Below are positions 25,956 through 40,171 of a stretch of DNA of 64,000 bases, piece by piece. The notes beneath the pieces are model-generated. The model did not search any database, was not told where the DNA came from, and saw only the letters and a program-made list of their open reading frames with translations. Position 1 is the stretch's first letter, and the number at the start of each line of letters is the position of its first letter. Both the position numbers and the translations under genes were made by a program. The DNA is from Eledone cirrhosa (taxonomy: Eukaryota): positions 244,900,001 to 244,964,000 of the forward strand of contig OZ024740.1 of the NCBI GenBank assembly GCA_964016885.1, written 5' to 3'.

Positions 25956-26689
25956 TGGATCTTATTATGTTTATATGTATGTATGTGATTGTCTAGTTTA
26001 GTTCTTTACTTGGCGCGAATTCCTTTGTTTGAATTCAGCTGCCAAATCACGTGTTTTAGTCTGCCTTAATTTCCTTCCCCTTTTAGAGGCAGGGTGTAAA
26101 ATTAGCTAGGACTACTGGATTCCATATCCTGAAGCATTGGCTAACACACACTGTATGGAACTATCGTATGACCTGCGCATCCTTGTTGATGAGTGTAACT
26201 GCCTGCTTCCCTAAATGTCTGCACATATTGCGTGATTTTCTGAACATTGAGGATCTATATCTGCATTTGTGAAGATATGTTGCACCGTTATCGTCCAAGG
26301 GATGAGAATTTCACCTTTCTCTCTATCTAAACACCGCCACTGCGTCTGTTAAAACTAAATGTCTGCATTCTGAACGGCTTATTGCAACTCCATTACTGCA
26401 ATTCAGCAAATGTATTGAGTGAGCTAGACGCTGACCGGAGACTGTTGAATTAATACCAGCTATCTTCGTTAATTTTATATAGTATATATATATAGGTAGT
26501 AACATATATATAGATAGTAACATATATATAGTTAGAAACATGTGCTTACGCCGTATTTGACTAAATAAAATTAGTCTGTTATTTGAAATTAAAAAAACAA
26601 CCTCTAAATGGAAAAAACGGATGAGTATCGACGTGCATGGTCCGGCAAACCAAAGATGTCAGTTTGTGTGCCGTGTACGTCAATACTCA

Positions 26690-27085
26690 TCCTTTTTTCA
26701 GGAAACAAAACAGATCAGACATGTAGCTTTGTACATATTTCCATACGAGCTGACAAGAATACATCTATAAAAACAATGGAAAAACTGTCAAAATACAAAG
26801 ACCTGGAAATAGAGATCAACCGCATGTGGAGGTTGACCACAAACACTATCCTGTGGTAATAGGCGCATTGGGATTAATACCCAAATCCTCAGACCTGCAC
26901 CTTAGGGTCCTTCCCTGCAAGATTAGCAAATATGAGCTACAGAAGATCAGGCTACAAGGAACAGCACACATTCTCAGACGAGTTCTCTCTCAACAATCAA
27001 AACATCTATTGTCCTAGGTTCAAGACCTAAACCCGGCAATAGAGAAACAGAACTGAGCTAAACGAAATAGCACAACAATAATAAT
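26690..27085 (+). mobile_element. 3' end of an R4/Dong-clade LINE (restriction-like endonuclease region) with short (TAA) tail
   Basis: EKLSKYKDLEIEINRMW; PVVIGALG; LQK..LQGTAHILRRVL; ends aacaataataat. Confidence 0.8.
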
Positions 27086-27199
27086 ATGTATGTATCGAAG
27101 TTGTAGCCGCAATATAGCAGATACCAATCGACTTGTTTGAGGCAATCACAAACACACAATGGTTCGAACATTTAATACATTTTCCTCCAGAGTGAATAC

Positions 27200-27772
27200 A
27201 AAGTGAGAAAGTGTGACATCAACAAAAGTGACCAAATGTATATGGCCATACTTATAACACAGCAACGATAAATACAAACGGGTTGAATACTAACCTGGAC
27301 CATCTCCAGTAGATAGGAATCGATAGAAATCGATTAAAAAATGTTCGATAGATTTCTGGGACAACGAGTCAAAAATGAATTTACCATTTTAGAACGGAAG
27401 CCTCCTTCACACCAGAAATATACCCGCCAACAATTCCGCCAGCTTGACCTTCCTCTTTTGAGAAAGGTCACGTGATGACACGGGCGAATTTACTACTATA
27501 GTAGAATGCCTCAATGTCTCCCGGCACTAACACTTTGGATAATACAAAACAAAACCTGCCGATGATGGAGGCTCCCGTTCTAACATGGAAAATGTATTTT
27601 TGACTTGCATATCTATTATGCAACTCGTGGTACAGATTCCCGTGAACCCAGAAACCTATCGAAGATTTTTATCGATTACTCTCTACTCAACCTGTTTGTA
27701 TTTATTCTCGTCGTGGTATAAGTATGGCCGTGTGCATTTGGTCGCTTTTCTTGATGTCACTTTCTTACTTTA
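27200..27772. repeat. Diverged long inverted repeat (arms about 27200-27370 and 27634-27772)
   Basis: aaagtgagaaagtgtgacatcaacaaaagtgaccaaatgtatatggccatacttata vs tataagtatggccgtgtgcatttggtcgcttttcttgatgtcactttcttacttt. Confidence 0.8.
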
Positions 27773-27779
27773 ATACACA

Positions 27780-27824
<45 letters not shown>

Positions 27825-28065
27825 CACATATATATATATATATCTTGGTAATTCTGAAAAATTTATCTCAAAAGATTTAATCGTCTTTTGAGAGGGTGAC
27901 GCCTACGGAATCAAAGAATGGGGCCATATTATAATGTTACCTGTTTTTTTTTTGTTTGTTTTATATCCTTATCTTGTTCATGGTCATGTGCTGATACCTA
28001 AATAGTTCTTGCGTGTTTCCACATATCGACATTCAGATTTACATACAAGTTCAAGTATGTATGTT

Positions 28066-28101
<36 letters not shown>

Positions 28102-28156
28102 TATTTATTTACACATACATATATTCATATGCATACACACGCACACGCACACACAG

Positions 28157-28217
<61 letters not shown>

Positions 28218-28680
28218 AACTAGCGCGACTCGCTATTTTACAGATAGCGTATTAGTCTTGTTACATAGGTGTTTCTATAAGAAAGAGAGAACGAGAGGGG
28301 GGAGAGAGGGAGAGAGCAAGAGAGAGAGAGAAAGGTGTATCATTTTGACGCCCGGAAAAAGTAAACAGAAACGACTGCTTGAATTGAACCACGCATTTGC
28401 CGTATATATATATGCCAGACGGCAATGGTAACAGCTAAACCAAATCTACCTGACAGACCACTGTTTAATTAGAAGTCTTAACCGTTGACTAGAAATGTAA
28501 ATAGATAAACCGTTAAGTTTAGGAAGTAATCGGGTAAGTCGAAAATTTGAAATTTATTTGCTTCTATTATGAAAATTTGTCACAATCTAAACTATAATAA
28601 AGTAAGGAACGCGGGACTGCGTACGGTTTATAATTGTTTATCCCATTAATAAAATAAGTTGGATTACTTTGAATAAATAA

Positions 28681-28867
28681 TTGTTTCTACTTTAGGCACA
28701 AGGCCAGCAATTACCCAGTGCATTACTGGTACTTTATTTTATCGACCCCGTAAGGATGAAAGGCAAAGTCAACCTCGGCGGGATTTGAACTCAGATGGTA
28801 AAGGGACGTAACTATGCTGGAAAGCATGGCGTCCGACCCTCTACCGATACTGCCAATCCACCGCCCT
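28681..28867 (-). mobile_element. Full-length young tRNA-type SINE (Nin-like) with 15-bp TSD
   Basis: TSD actttgaataaataa at 28666-28680 and 28871-28885; B-box gagttcaaatccc. Confidence 0.9.
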
Positions 28868-29501
28868 ATGACTTTGAATAAATAATGAATGAATATTACA
28901 TAATTTATCTACTAAATTTCGTGGCTGTTGATTAAATATATTTTGTTTATTTAAAGATTCACTTCTATAAAATTTCTGAAATGTCAACTTCCGGTTGGCC
29001 ATCGCTTAAATAAACATACTAATTTTCTGTCACTAATTTTCTCCTAATGCAGTTTATATATAATATCGTCTTTTTTAATGTATCATGGATTACGTTACTG
29101 ATTAAATAAGACAGTGTAACACAGACTTCGTTCAATTTCTATGTATTATATATTGTCAATTACGATTTTATTTGATGTATCATATCTACATGTATATATA
29201 CCTGCGTATAATATCAATATACACACTACACATGCTAGCAGAAAACCACCTGAAGGGTGGTTTCTCTGCTAGTTTATATAATGAATATGTCAGGTAAATT
29301 ACCCTTGGAGATGAAAAAAGTGGACAAATTTTCAAATATGTATGTGTGTGAGAGACTGTATGTGTGCGAGTGAGCGTAACAAAGCTTAAAAAGCGTGTAG
29401 TAAAATTGACCTTTCAGAGAGAATATTTTGTCATTGGCAAAGGCAACCACAACATATCTAAACTATAATATTAATTATAATATAGTTATAATATATAATT
29501 A

Positions 29502-29696
29502 GGGTGGTGGATTGGCAGTATCGGTAGAGGGTCGGACGCCATGCTTTCCAGCATAGTTACGTCCCTTTACGATCTGAGTTCAAATCCCGCCGAGGTTGAC
29601 TTTGCCTTTCATCCTTACGGGGTCGATAAAATAAAGTACCAGTAATGCACTGGGTAATTGATGGCCTAGTGCCTAGTGCCTAAAGTAGAAACAATT
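29502..29696 (+). mobile_element. Full-length young tRNA-type SINE (Nin-like)
   Basis: A-box-like tggcagtatcgg, B-box gttcaaatcc, core ttgcctttcatccttacggggtcgataaaataaagtacc; flanking repeat ttaattataatatagtt. Confidence 0.9.
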
Positions 29697-29876
29697 AATT
29701 ATAATATAGTTGTTTGAAATCGGAGACATAACCCTTTGAAACAGAAAAGGTGAACAGACAGCAATTCTGCTCGCTTTTATCCGTCTCAAGAGTTTATATC
29801 ACCTATTTCATTCAACTATATCATAGTTAATATGCGTCGTAGAGGGCTTTGCGAGAATCAAAACATTCTCTTATAT

Positions 29877-30076
29877 AGGAGGGTTGGCTGAAAAGTTCAT
29901 AGTCATGGGATGATTAAATTAGATTCATTTGGAAAGAAACAATGCAGAAAAGTTCATAGTCATGGGATGATTGAATTAGATTCACATGGAAAGAAACAAT
30001 GCAGGAAGAGTTCAAATTTCACAGCGCTTTCACAGCGCTAGCATCAATCCTCCATAGTCAGCCTATAAACTTTTCA
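29877..30076. mobile_element. Mariner-derived MITE-like remnant with an internal duplication of about 57 bp
   Basis: gagggttggctgaaaagttcatag ... cctataaacttttca (partial TIR pair). Confidence 0.6.
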
Positions 30077-30089
30077 CAAAATTCAAAAT

Positions 30090-30960
30090 GGCGAAAGCCA
30101 AGAGCCTGCATTTTCGGTCAAAGAAGGCATTGGGGTTTCACTCACTGAAGTTATCACCGAGGAGGCCCTAGCTGCTCTTCGGCTCAAGCATCCTGAGCCG
30201 TACGCAGACCTCAGACCCATATCCTCACCTGACCCACACCTACTCTTTGAGGCATCAGACGCAGACATCATGTCTGCCTTTAAGTCCTTCCCTGTTAGCA
30301 ACAGCAGAGGTTCTGATGGTCTCCAGCCTAGCCACCTCAAACTCTCGCTATCCCCACTATCAGCCGAAGCCGCTTTCTGAGTGCAATTGTGGCACTCACC
30401 TCCATGGCACCCTGGACCCTTTCGCCCGAGGCATTTTCTTTTCGGCCAGCCTGACCGCTCTCAGGTAGAAAGAGGGTGGCATACGCCCCATCGCTGTGGA
30501 TAATATCTTCCAGAAGCTAGCTGCCAAGGTTTTCAGCAGGTCAATCAGACCTGAACTGAGCGAAAAGCTCAGTCCGGTGCAATTAGGGGTTGGCGTGTCC
30601 GGTAGATGTGAGGGATCCACACATGTAGCTAGGCAGTTCTTCAACAGCTTACCACTGAAACCGGCGTCCAGGGCCGCCAGGCACCTCATTGTCAATCTTG
30701 ACATGAAGAATGTTTTTAACTGCCTACGCCGTGACCATCTGTTTGAGGCCTAACTCAGCCGAGTCCTATCTACCCACCCGCTGGTCTACCTGTCGTATGG
30801 AGCCCTGAACATGCCCCTTGTTGCTGATACGGTCCTACTCTCAGCCACTGGGGTTCAACAGGGTGACCCTTTGTGCCCCCTCCTCTTTGCTCTCGGTATA
30901 GACCACATTGCTGAGAACATCACGGCACCTTTCAACGTTTTGTACCTGGATGATGCCATT
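30090..30960 (+). pseudogene. CRE-clade non-LTR retrotransposon RT fragment
   Basis: GGIRPIAV..IFQKLAAK; PVQLGVGV; LDMKNVFNCLRR; SATGVQQGDPLCPLLF; YLDD; contains stops and frameshifts. Confidence 0.8.
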
Positions 30961-32100
30961 TGTTCATAATAGTGAGAGCTGGGGAGAACGGGTGAGACGG
31001 AGGCAGTGACAGTGGGAATTTGGTTCCTTTGTGTTTGGACCTGGTGTATATGTATACATTCATTTACCGCATCACACATACACATTGATAGTTAAGACAG
31101 ATGTTATAATTTCAAATACATATAACTGAATATGAAATTTACTTTGTAAACTCATAATGTCCTGTACCAAATAACAACTCTTAATGGACAGTATTATACA
31201 CTCTCGGGTTTGTCAAATCAAAGGTTTCTTTCCTATAATAGACAGAGGAAGAATCGACCCCAGTATTGGACTGATACTTCACTTATCGAGCTTTAGTAGT
31301 GATTACTAAAATAGTTAATGAGCAGTTTGAAATGAGGACTATATTTTCCATCAGGTCTGGGACTATTACCAGCTTTATATAGGCCTGTATGTGTATAATA
31401 TTCGGAATGGCTGCGTCTAGAGAAAAGAGAACACAATACATGTGTAGAGAATGTGTTCTTATTTGATGATTTGAAGGTACAGATCCACAGTATTTTTAAA
31501 GAAGAAGAAGAAGAAGAAGAAGAAGAAGAAGAAGAAGAAGAAGAAGAAGAAGAAGAAGAAGAAGAAATTTAAATAGGGAGTAAAGGGAGACAGAAAGTGA
31601 GAGGAGGGGAATAGAGATAGAAAACAAGTGAGATTGAGCTTTAAAGTAAGGAGAGATAAAAAGATAGAGAGAGTATGAGATGGAGAGGGAGAATGGTAAC
31701 GACAGAAAATATGAGCGGTATGGAGAAGGGGTGAAAGAAGAATATATATTAAAAGAGAGAGATGGGGAGAGCGAGAGAGAGATAACGTGTTAGTATTTAA
31801 AACGTATTTTTTAAACAACCGTATGTTTAGACTGGTTGGTAAGTGATTGTTTTAAAAGGTGTTTTAGTTGGAAATATCTGGTAAAATTTTCTGATTCTCA
31901 ACTAATAAGAGACAGATAATAGAAGTGCAAACAGATGGCGCTGCAAGGAGTTAAAATATACATCCATTATATAGAGGGCACAAGTAGCATAGATCTATCT
32001 ATTTATCTACACACACACACACGTTTACATACATGGTTGGATATATATATATATATATATATATAAAGGGCGAAACAGACAGGCAAACAGAAGGAGACAC

Positions 32101-32190
<90 letters not shown>

Positions 32191-33383
32191 GTGTGCTGTG
32201 TGCGTGTGTGTGTGTGCGTGTGTGTGCTGTGTGCGTGTGTGTCTGCGCGCGCGGAAGCATGGACGAATGGTCAAAAAAATTCGCTTCGCAATCATACAAT
32301 CCCGAGTTCGGTAGCATATTTGTGAGTGAGATAGGTAGATACGATGTTCAGTTTTCTTTTTGTCTTGAATTGTTGTCACCACTATGCCTAAGGATAGCAT
32401 TCCGCTAGGTCATTTACAGTTTATCGAAGATAACACTTTTTTAAAGCCATTCCTCTCTCGTTTCTAGGAAGAGAAGGTCATCGCTTCGAGTTGCTCAAAC
32501 AGTAGAGAGTTGTGGCGCTTAGCCATATACTCCAGCCCTCACGACAAGGTTGGCTTCTTCGATAAAAGTTAGTTCCAGGCTACTACAACATTCACGCAAA
32601 TCAACCACGCAAACAAAACACACAATTCATGTGGTTCCTTGTTGTTTTCCTGTTTTGTCAACAATAAATTTTCTTAAGTTATTTTCTTAATAAAATTATT
32701 ATCGTAGCGATGTTTGTTATTGTTCATTGTATTGCAGCTTTATATTCAACCTTCAGCTTTCAACTACTGACTATGGTAACAAGTACAGCCACACATCTCC
32801 ACTCACTGATACACACACTCAATTCACAAGCCATAAGTCACAAACGTCTACTACAACAACCTGCCACGCCACAATGGACATACCCAAAACCTCTTCGCTA
32901 CAGATAGATGCAGTTTAGAACTATGTCATTCAAAAGGCTAGTATTGTTCCACACTACCTCAAGCTGAATGTTTCTCAGAATTACGTTAAGGGCACACGTA
33001 TTTGTGGAATGCTCAGCCACTTGCACGTTATGTTTTCGAGCAGGCTATTCCGTTGATCGAATCATTTGGAACAGTCATCGTCGAAACCGGTGGCTATTCA
33101 TTCCATTTACAAACACATACACACACAAACACACACACACACACATACACACACATACACACAAAGACAAGCGCCCATATATAAAGAGAAAGAGACAGGA
33201 GAGAAAGAGGGAGAGGGGGAGAGAATAAATTCATATTTAAAAGTTAAGAAATATAAAATGTTATTCAAAATTTTCTTCTATTTAAAAAATCTCAAAAAGC
33301 AAAACTAAGGAAGTTTACAATGTTTGTTTTGTTTTTTATCATATCCCCGCCTCAACCACTCTTTCTCTCTCCCCCCCCCCCCT

Positions 33384-33418
<35 letters not shown>

Positions 33419-33419
33419 A

Positions 33420-33463
<44 letters not shown>

Positions 33464-34411
33464 GTGATATTATTAATGTCTTTAGCCGTACGTCATAAGC
33501 TGCTGAGTGCGGTTTCCGCAATGAGAGCCAAGCTTTAGTGGTGATGTTTCAGCCAAAATTTCTAGACAAATAGTACATTATGCAAACATTCAGCCTTGAC
33601 ATTGTTGGGTTGTTATATAAAAGTGACTAATATACAAATGAATTGGTTGTGTACCACTACCAGGAATGAGATGAGGAGGGGTAGAGGACGAGTACAAATA
33701 ACGGAACAGTCTTTTTTCATTTTTCTAGTTTTAGTTTTCTATATTTTATTATTTTCTGTATGTTTATTATTATTTTTTTCACTGTGTTAATGTTTATTTG
33801 TACCAGAAGACATAACTTTCTGGTTAAGCTACAAATCAACGAAAGATCCTTTATGTGGTTGTTAGAAAAGACAGCCAAATTTCCTTCAAATTATACCTCT
33901 TGCCGACTTAAAAAATGAATGTCACATTGGATAAAATAATTTTTTTATATACATAGGCGTGACCGTATATTTTATTAATAAGCAGTTACGGGATTACGCC
34001 TCCGTAAAGCGATCTGTCACTGAGGTCACCCTGACCCATCATCCGGCTTCTGTATCAATTCTGTGTTTATATTTTGCCGTAATCCAGTAAGTGATTACTT
34101 CATCTTTTATTTGAATAACACACGAAGACGTCGCCATATGTCTTACGTTTTCTGATGGCGTGAGCTTGTCGGCCATACTAATACATATCGTGATTTTGCA
34201 ACATTAAAAGAATATTTGGAATCTGGCCTTCATTTTTCATTGAAGTATTTAACACCGTTCCTGCACTAACCTCGAGATACCACAGCTACGATGGATGACG
34301 CGCATAGCGTTGAGTGCTTTGTTTATTGTACCAAGGTCTGCTAATCGGAATGACCAGATCTGCTCATTAGTTAAACCATCTAATATAAATGGCACACACA
34401 CACACACAACA

Positions 34412-35110
34412 TCTGTACTATAAATGAAAATATATGTGTGTATATGTGTATGTGTGTATGTCTCTCAAAGGCTCCGAAACGTCCCAGAGAGAATGGTTTA
34501 GAGTTGTTAGTAATTAAAAAATGTAATTGTTACGAGATATAAATAAACTTCACCTCTGTATATATCTATCTGTCTCTCTCTGTATTTCACGCTTTTCCGT
34601 TTTGTATATATTTTTACCACACTCTCTCACTCTCTGGCCCCGAAAAATGTGACTATGAAATTGTTAAACCAAGAACAGTTAAAAAGAATTCCAAAAGTTT
34701 CGAAGCTCTATCGATCTGTCAACACTGTGGTGGAACAGTCGGAAGCTGTCAATTACCCGACAGAGTTCCTCAATTTTTTAGAATCATCAGGAATTCTTCC
34801 ACATGTCCTTCGCCTGTTAGTGAAGAATTTCGACCCACCAAGGCTATACAACGGCACTCGATTGGTTGTGAAAAATATGTATCCACTCGTAATTCACGCC
34901 ACCATTTCAACAGAATGCGGTAGGGGAGAGGATGTGTTCGATCCAAGAATTTCTCTTATCCCTACTGATGTCCCATTTCAATTTCCAGTGGGTCTTAGTT
35001 TTGCCATGACATCAACAAATCACAAGGACAAACATTTTCGGTTGCCGGTTTACATGTTGACGAGCCCTGCCTCACCCATGGTCAGCTTCACGTTGGATGT
35101 TCAATGTTTG
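34412..35110 (+). pseudogene. Helitron remnant: 5'-end-like sequence plus PIF1-type helicase C-terminal fragment
   Basis: NYPTEFLN...PPRLYNGTRL...PRISLIP..FP..LSFAMT, then SQGQT and HGQL in shifted frames; tctgtactataaatgaaaat start. Confidence 0.85.
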
Positions 35111-35450
35111 TATAAACTTGAACATCTAATGTAAATCTGACCTCGAAAAGATGAAAGGCATAGAATGAAATTTGAACTCAAAGTGAAGAAATCCGCAGCA
35201 TATTCCACAAAATATCTTTATAAAATTGTTCTATAAAATGTTATTTAGATGAAAAATACTTCGATGAAAATTCATGGTACCTGTTCTGGATATACAGGAT
35301 GGTCGCGGATAGAACGCTTTTGATTACAGATCTACTCAATAAGTTTATCGTTTAAGGTAGATGTCCAATAATAGGTAGTAGAATTTACAATATTTACTAA
35401 TTTGATAAACCCGGTTGTAAATTTGCACTTAATAGCGTGTTTAGCTTGTT

Positions 35451-35497
<47 letters not shown>

Positions 35498-37437
35498 TTC
35501 ATTTATTGTTAGTTGGCGACATTGCGCGAGACACTTCCAGTTTGGTTTGAATTATATCTCTGTGTGAACGATATTGATGTCCCTAAATGACACATTGCTA
35601 AATGTTTTCATAACCTCTGCAATCATTAGGATTGGGTGACTTTGGGGAACAATTTCACTTGAGAGAAATAAAGGAGTGCTCTTTTGAAACTCCTTACCAA
35701 ACATAACTTCAATGATAAACCTAAACCAATGCAGGCAAACCATCAAAAATACCGTCATGGTTGCCTAATTTCTATTCGGTTAAATATAAAAAAGTTACCA
35801 ATGTAAAAGCGATCAAAATACAAGTACGTCTTAGAAAGTGAAAATAAGGCTTTATTAAATAAACATTTTATAAGGTTATACAAACATTTATTCTATAATA
35901 TGAGAGATATTTTTGCAAAAATTCTTGAGAGTATCTGTAAATGACATTGCAAATAATATTATATAAGGAAGTGTTTGAACCGTGTGGGTTCAAAACACTT
36001 CCTCGCATATTTAAAATAAATAAGTGGAGTGAAAGAGAAGACAAAAACATATGGGGCGACATTCATTTAAAATTAAAGTTGTCCCCGGTAAGATTTAGCC
36101 TAACAGTGCAGAAGACACGACCAAATGCTGCAAAACATTGGCAGAATCGTCTGTCAAACAAAATGCATTGTGTTATTCGTTGTGGCTATCTGCGCTATGG
36201 ATTCAAATCCCACCTAGGTCACCTTTGCCTTTCATCCATTTTTTTTTTTTGTCGATACGACTCTTTCATTTTCTGGTCCTTTGTGTTTGTCGCTCTCTGG
36301 AAGAAATCTGCTCTAATCAGGCCTGGAAACGATGGTCTCCGCCAGGTTTAAAATAACTAAAAAACGCCGTAAGTCCCGACGATCCCCATATGATGTACAG
36401 TTTTTATATAAACATATTTTTTTCTTTTTCTTTGTTTTTGTTTTGTGTAGTGTTTTTTTTTATCATTTTAATGAGTAAATAAGTTTTCGGTTTCATGGCA
36501 AGAAAACTGTAAGTTTATATACGACTTTTGCTGTTATTATATCATTTGAAAGGCTGTCTAGGATGGGGTAACATATATAGTGGCAGTATTTTTCATGTTC
36601 CCACAAGAACTAAACGTCCAGCATTGGTTTCCAATTGGCACCAGGCTCTTACTTGTGGCTCCAAGAAGATATAGCATGCACAGCAGTAACACCTGGCAAC
36701 CCACATTAACATGCAAACTAAAACCACGTGATGGTGGTCGTCGAATCTCAAAACCTTCGGTAAGCTACAGCATGTAAACCCTAATATGTGAAGACTGGCT
36801 ACAGTAGATCGAACTAACGCGAACATCAGCTTTGTACAGCAGTCAAAAATACCATTTCAGAAAGTGTTGTGTGATTCTAAAAGAACATTGAAACACTTTA
36901 GAGGTCTTAGTCATCCACTTCTTCTAGATCTACCTCCAAACATCTTGACCCTGTCCTGCCCTAGGCAGGCATGAACGAAAGAATTGGACTGAAATTGCCG
37001 GACTATCTCTCACTTAAATTCAATGTATGCATCAGTTATGACGCTGCATATATCATGGTTATCAATTTATGAATGAACGAACAATGATGGTAGCATTAGC
37101 AGCTTAGTTCCACTTTCATTTCAGTAGGAGTTACGAAAAAATTATTTTTCGGAATATTGAACTAACAATGAAAATGACAAATGATTTGGATATTTGTAGT
37201 TCTGAGGTTAAATCCTCGCAGATAAGGTTGGATTAAAACCAACTGATGCCATAAACACAGCTAAACAATGCTATCCCACCAACCCTCCTATTGTCCAACG
37301 ACAAGAAATTAAGACATTTCCCAGGCCAGACCCCAACAACTTTATAAAATATTAGGCACAGGCAAGTATCTTTTATTATAACCTTTACCAATGCCTTGTA
37401 TGTAGAATTTGGTAGGCGAAAAGTGTAATAATCCGCC

Positions 37438-37502
<65 letters not shown>

Positions 37503-38390
37503 GTAACCTAATGATTCGACAAAAAAGTGATCGATAAAACAAGTACCAGGCTTGGAATAAGTACTATGGTCGATTTGATCGACTAAATCACGGCAATGCC
37601 CCAGTATGATCGCAGGCTAAATACTGAAATCAATAAAAGAATATCTTGTCTTTTTTGCTTTTGTTGTTGTTGTTATATCATGTTTATATAATTACCGTAT
37701 TTAATTGCATATAAGACTCTAGAACATATAAGACCCCACCACCACCACCACCATAAACATTAGCCTACTAGATACCTCAACTTCGCATATAAAAGCTGGG
37801 TGATAATTATTTAACCATCTTGTGGGTGGAGGGAATGGGGTATATATGCCATCAAATACAGTAACACTAAACAGCAGTATGCAATATAAACAAATTTCCT
37901 TATAACTAGGGACAAGAGAAAATAGTGCAACTTTTCAACACTTTTTTTATTTATTTATATTTAAAAAGATAAGCTGTTATAATTTATCATTTACACCATC
38001 GTAAAAAATCTAACTAAAATGTGTTGCCCCTACCCTATTTTTCCTGGTGTCATTAGCACGTGCTTGCATTGTTTAATAGCTAGTCTGGGCTTGGTTATAG
38101 AATAATATATTACGTGTTGACATGTACTTAGGAACTGATCATCGTATCCTTTATTCCAGCCATATATGTAATAGATGTCATGCAATCAAATGTGAATGTA
38201 GAGAATTGGACGTTGTGACTCACTGCGTTCAAATCACACTGAACTCAACTTTGATTTTCATCATTTCGGGATCATAGAATAAAGTGTCAGTACAAGTCAA
38301 TGGTTTGACGAAATTGATAGAGCACTGAACGGGATGACTTGCCGTTTCGAGTTTAAATTATAATACCTGCCGCAGGAATAAAAAAATAAT

Positions 38391-38569
38391 TGTTTCTACT
38401 TTAGGCACAAGGCCAGCAATTACCCAGTGCATTACTGGTACTTTATTTTATCGACCCCGTAAGGATGAAAGGCAAAGTCAACCTCGGCGGGATTTGAACT
38501 CAGATCGTAAAGGGACGTAACTATGCTAGAAAGCATGGCGTCCGACACTCTACCGATACTGCCAATCCA
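38391..38569 (-). mobile_element. Young tRNA-type SINE (Nin-like) with TSD of about 18 bp
   Basis: caggaataaaaaaataat on both sides; family match. Confidence 0.9.
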
Positions 38570-38944
38570 CAGGAATAAAAAAAATAATAACATGAACTAT
38601 GGCCCTTATCCTTAAAACACCTAGGAAACCTGTTTGAGATGCAATTGGACATGAGGCCACCTAAACATACAAGGTGTGAGTCATAACAACAATGACAGCA
38701 ACGTTTAGATGTGGCGAAAAGCAGGAGTATCGGATTTATATGTAACATAGTATCATACATTAGTTTATACTGGGTGTATATCTACTAAATTATTGCTACC
38801 TCGCTGTTGAACCTGATTTATAAGGAGTATCATATATCTTTCTATATACATGGCACGGAAACATTCACATGCATACATACACATGTTCAGTACACGCACA
38901 AACGCGTTTGTAAACCATCATGTTTATATATATATATATGTATG

Positions 38945-39057
<113 letters not shown>

Positions 39058-39064
39058 GTATATA

Positions 39065-39179
<115 letters not shown>

Positions 39180-39634
39180 CTGTGTGTGTGTATATATGTA
39201 TATATATATATATGTGTGTGTGTGTATATGTATGCAACTCCTACATCAGGTACTGTCTGCTTAAACAATAATGTTAAGCTTTTGGTATGATGATCGAACA
39301 AGGAAGTCACTTTTTCAACAGGCATTTAGTTCTATGCAAAGTTAAGGAACTGACCGTTATCTGAACCCACGTGCGGGGTCAGAAGGGAGAGAACCCCTAG
39401 TTTTGGCGGATGAATTCAGTATGTGTGGTTATTGCAAAATTGCAAAATATCGCAATTAAGCTCTAGACAGAATAGTTTTTAAAATTAACATAAACTATTA
39501 ATCAGTCAATAGATTTGACTAATAAAATCAAAAAATTAACTGGTTAATAGCTAGACCCTGGAGATTAATACAAATATAAATTAGCGAGAATCGCATTTCG
39601 GCTATTGGAAATTATATATATATATATATATTGG

Positions 39635-39678
<44 letters not shown>

Positions 39679-39683
<5 letters not shown>

Positions 39684-39990
39684 TGCCCCCTCGTTATCGA
39701 GTATGGCCATTGCACGATATACCATTATTAATAAGTATTAATTAATTCTATCGTGCAATGCCTGTGCGTGAAGATATTTTTTAAAGTGAGGAAAGACTGT
39801 GCACTGAGCCAATCCCACTCTCTGGGCGACAGTAGCTATAACCCGAAAAGAAGAAAAGATCCACATCATCTGTAACTACTGAGCCGCAGGTTTTATATCG
39901 GAGTGATCCCAGTTTCCTGAGTTGCCTTCTCCTAGACGAATGCCCTGACAAAGGCTAGGGCCCTTCACTCCCAGTGATGTAACCACGCGA
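39679..39990 (-). mobile_element. Diverged relative of the RTE-derived bipartite element
   Basis: ggctgcc...tcgttatcgagtatggcca; caatgcctgtgcgtgaag; ccttctcctag...gacaaaggctag shared with 43446-43896. Confidence 0.65.
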
Positions 39991-40171
39991 TCTAGTGTCC
40001 AGCCCGACTATTTCTATGTCCCTGCGCATATACATACACATGCACCCATGCATATACACATATACATATACACACATATGTACATATGTATATACATATT
40101 CACACACTTTTGGATGGCCGTCGACTCTTGTGAGTTCTTCCGCCCTTTTTAAGGTATTGTAAAGGTATTGT

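Noticed and set aside
29235-29272. Strong hairpin ending in CTAG (terminator or Helitron end)
   Set aside because: No associated element or transcript can be defined; bacterial terminator logic does not apply
29502-29600. tRNA gene
   Set aside because: Has A/B-box-like motifs but no cloverleaf; it is the head of a multi-copy SINE
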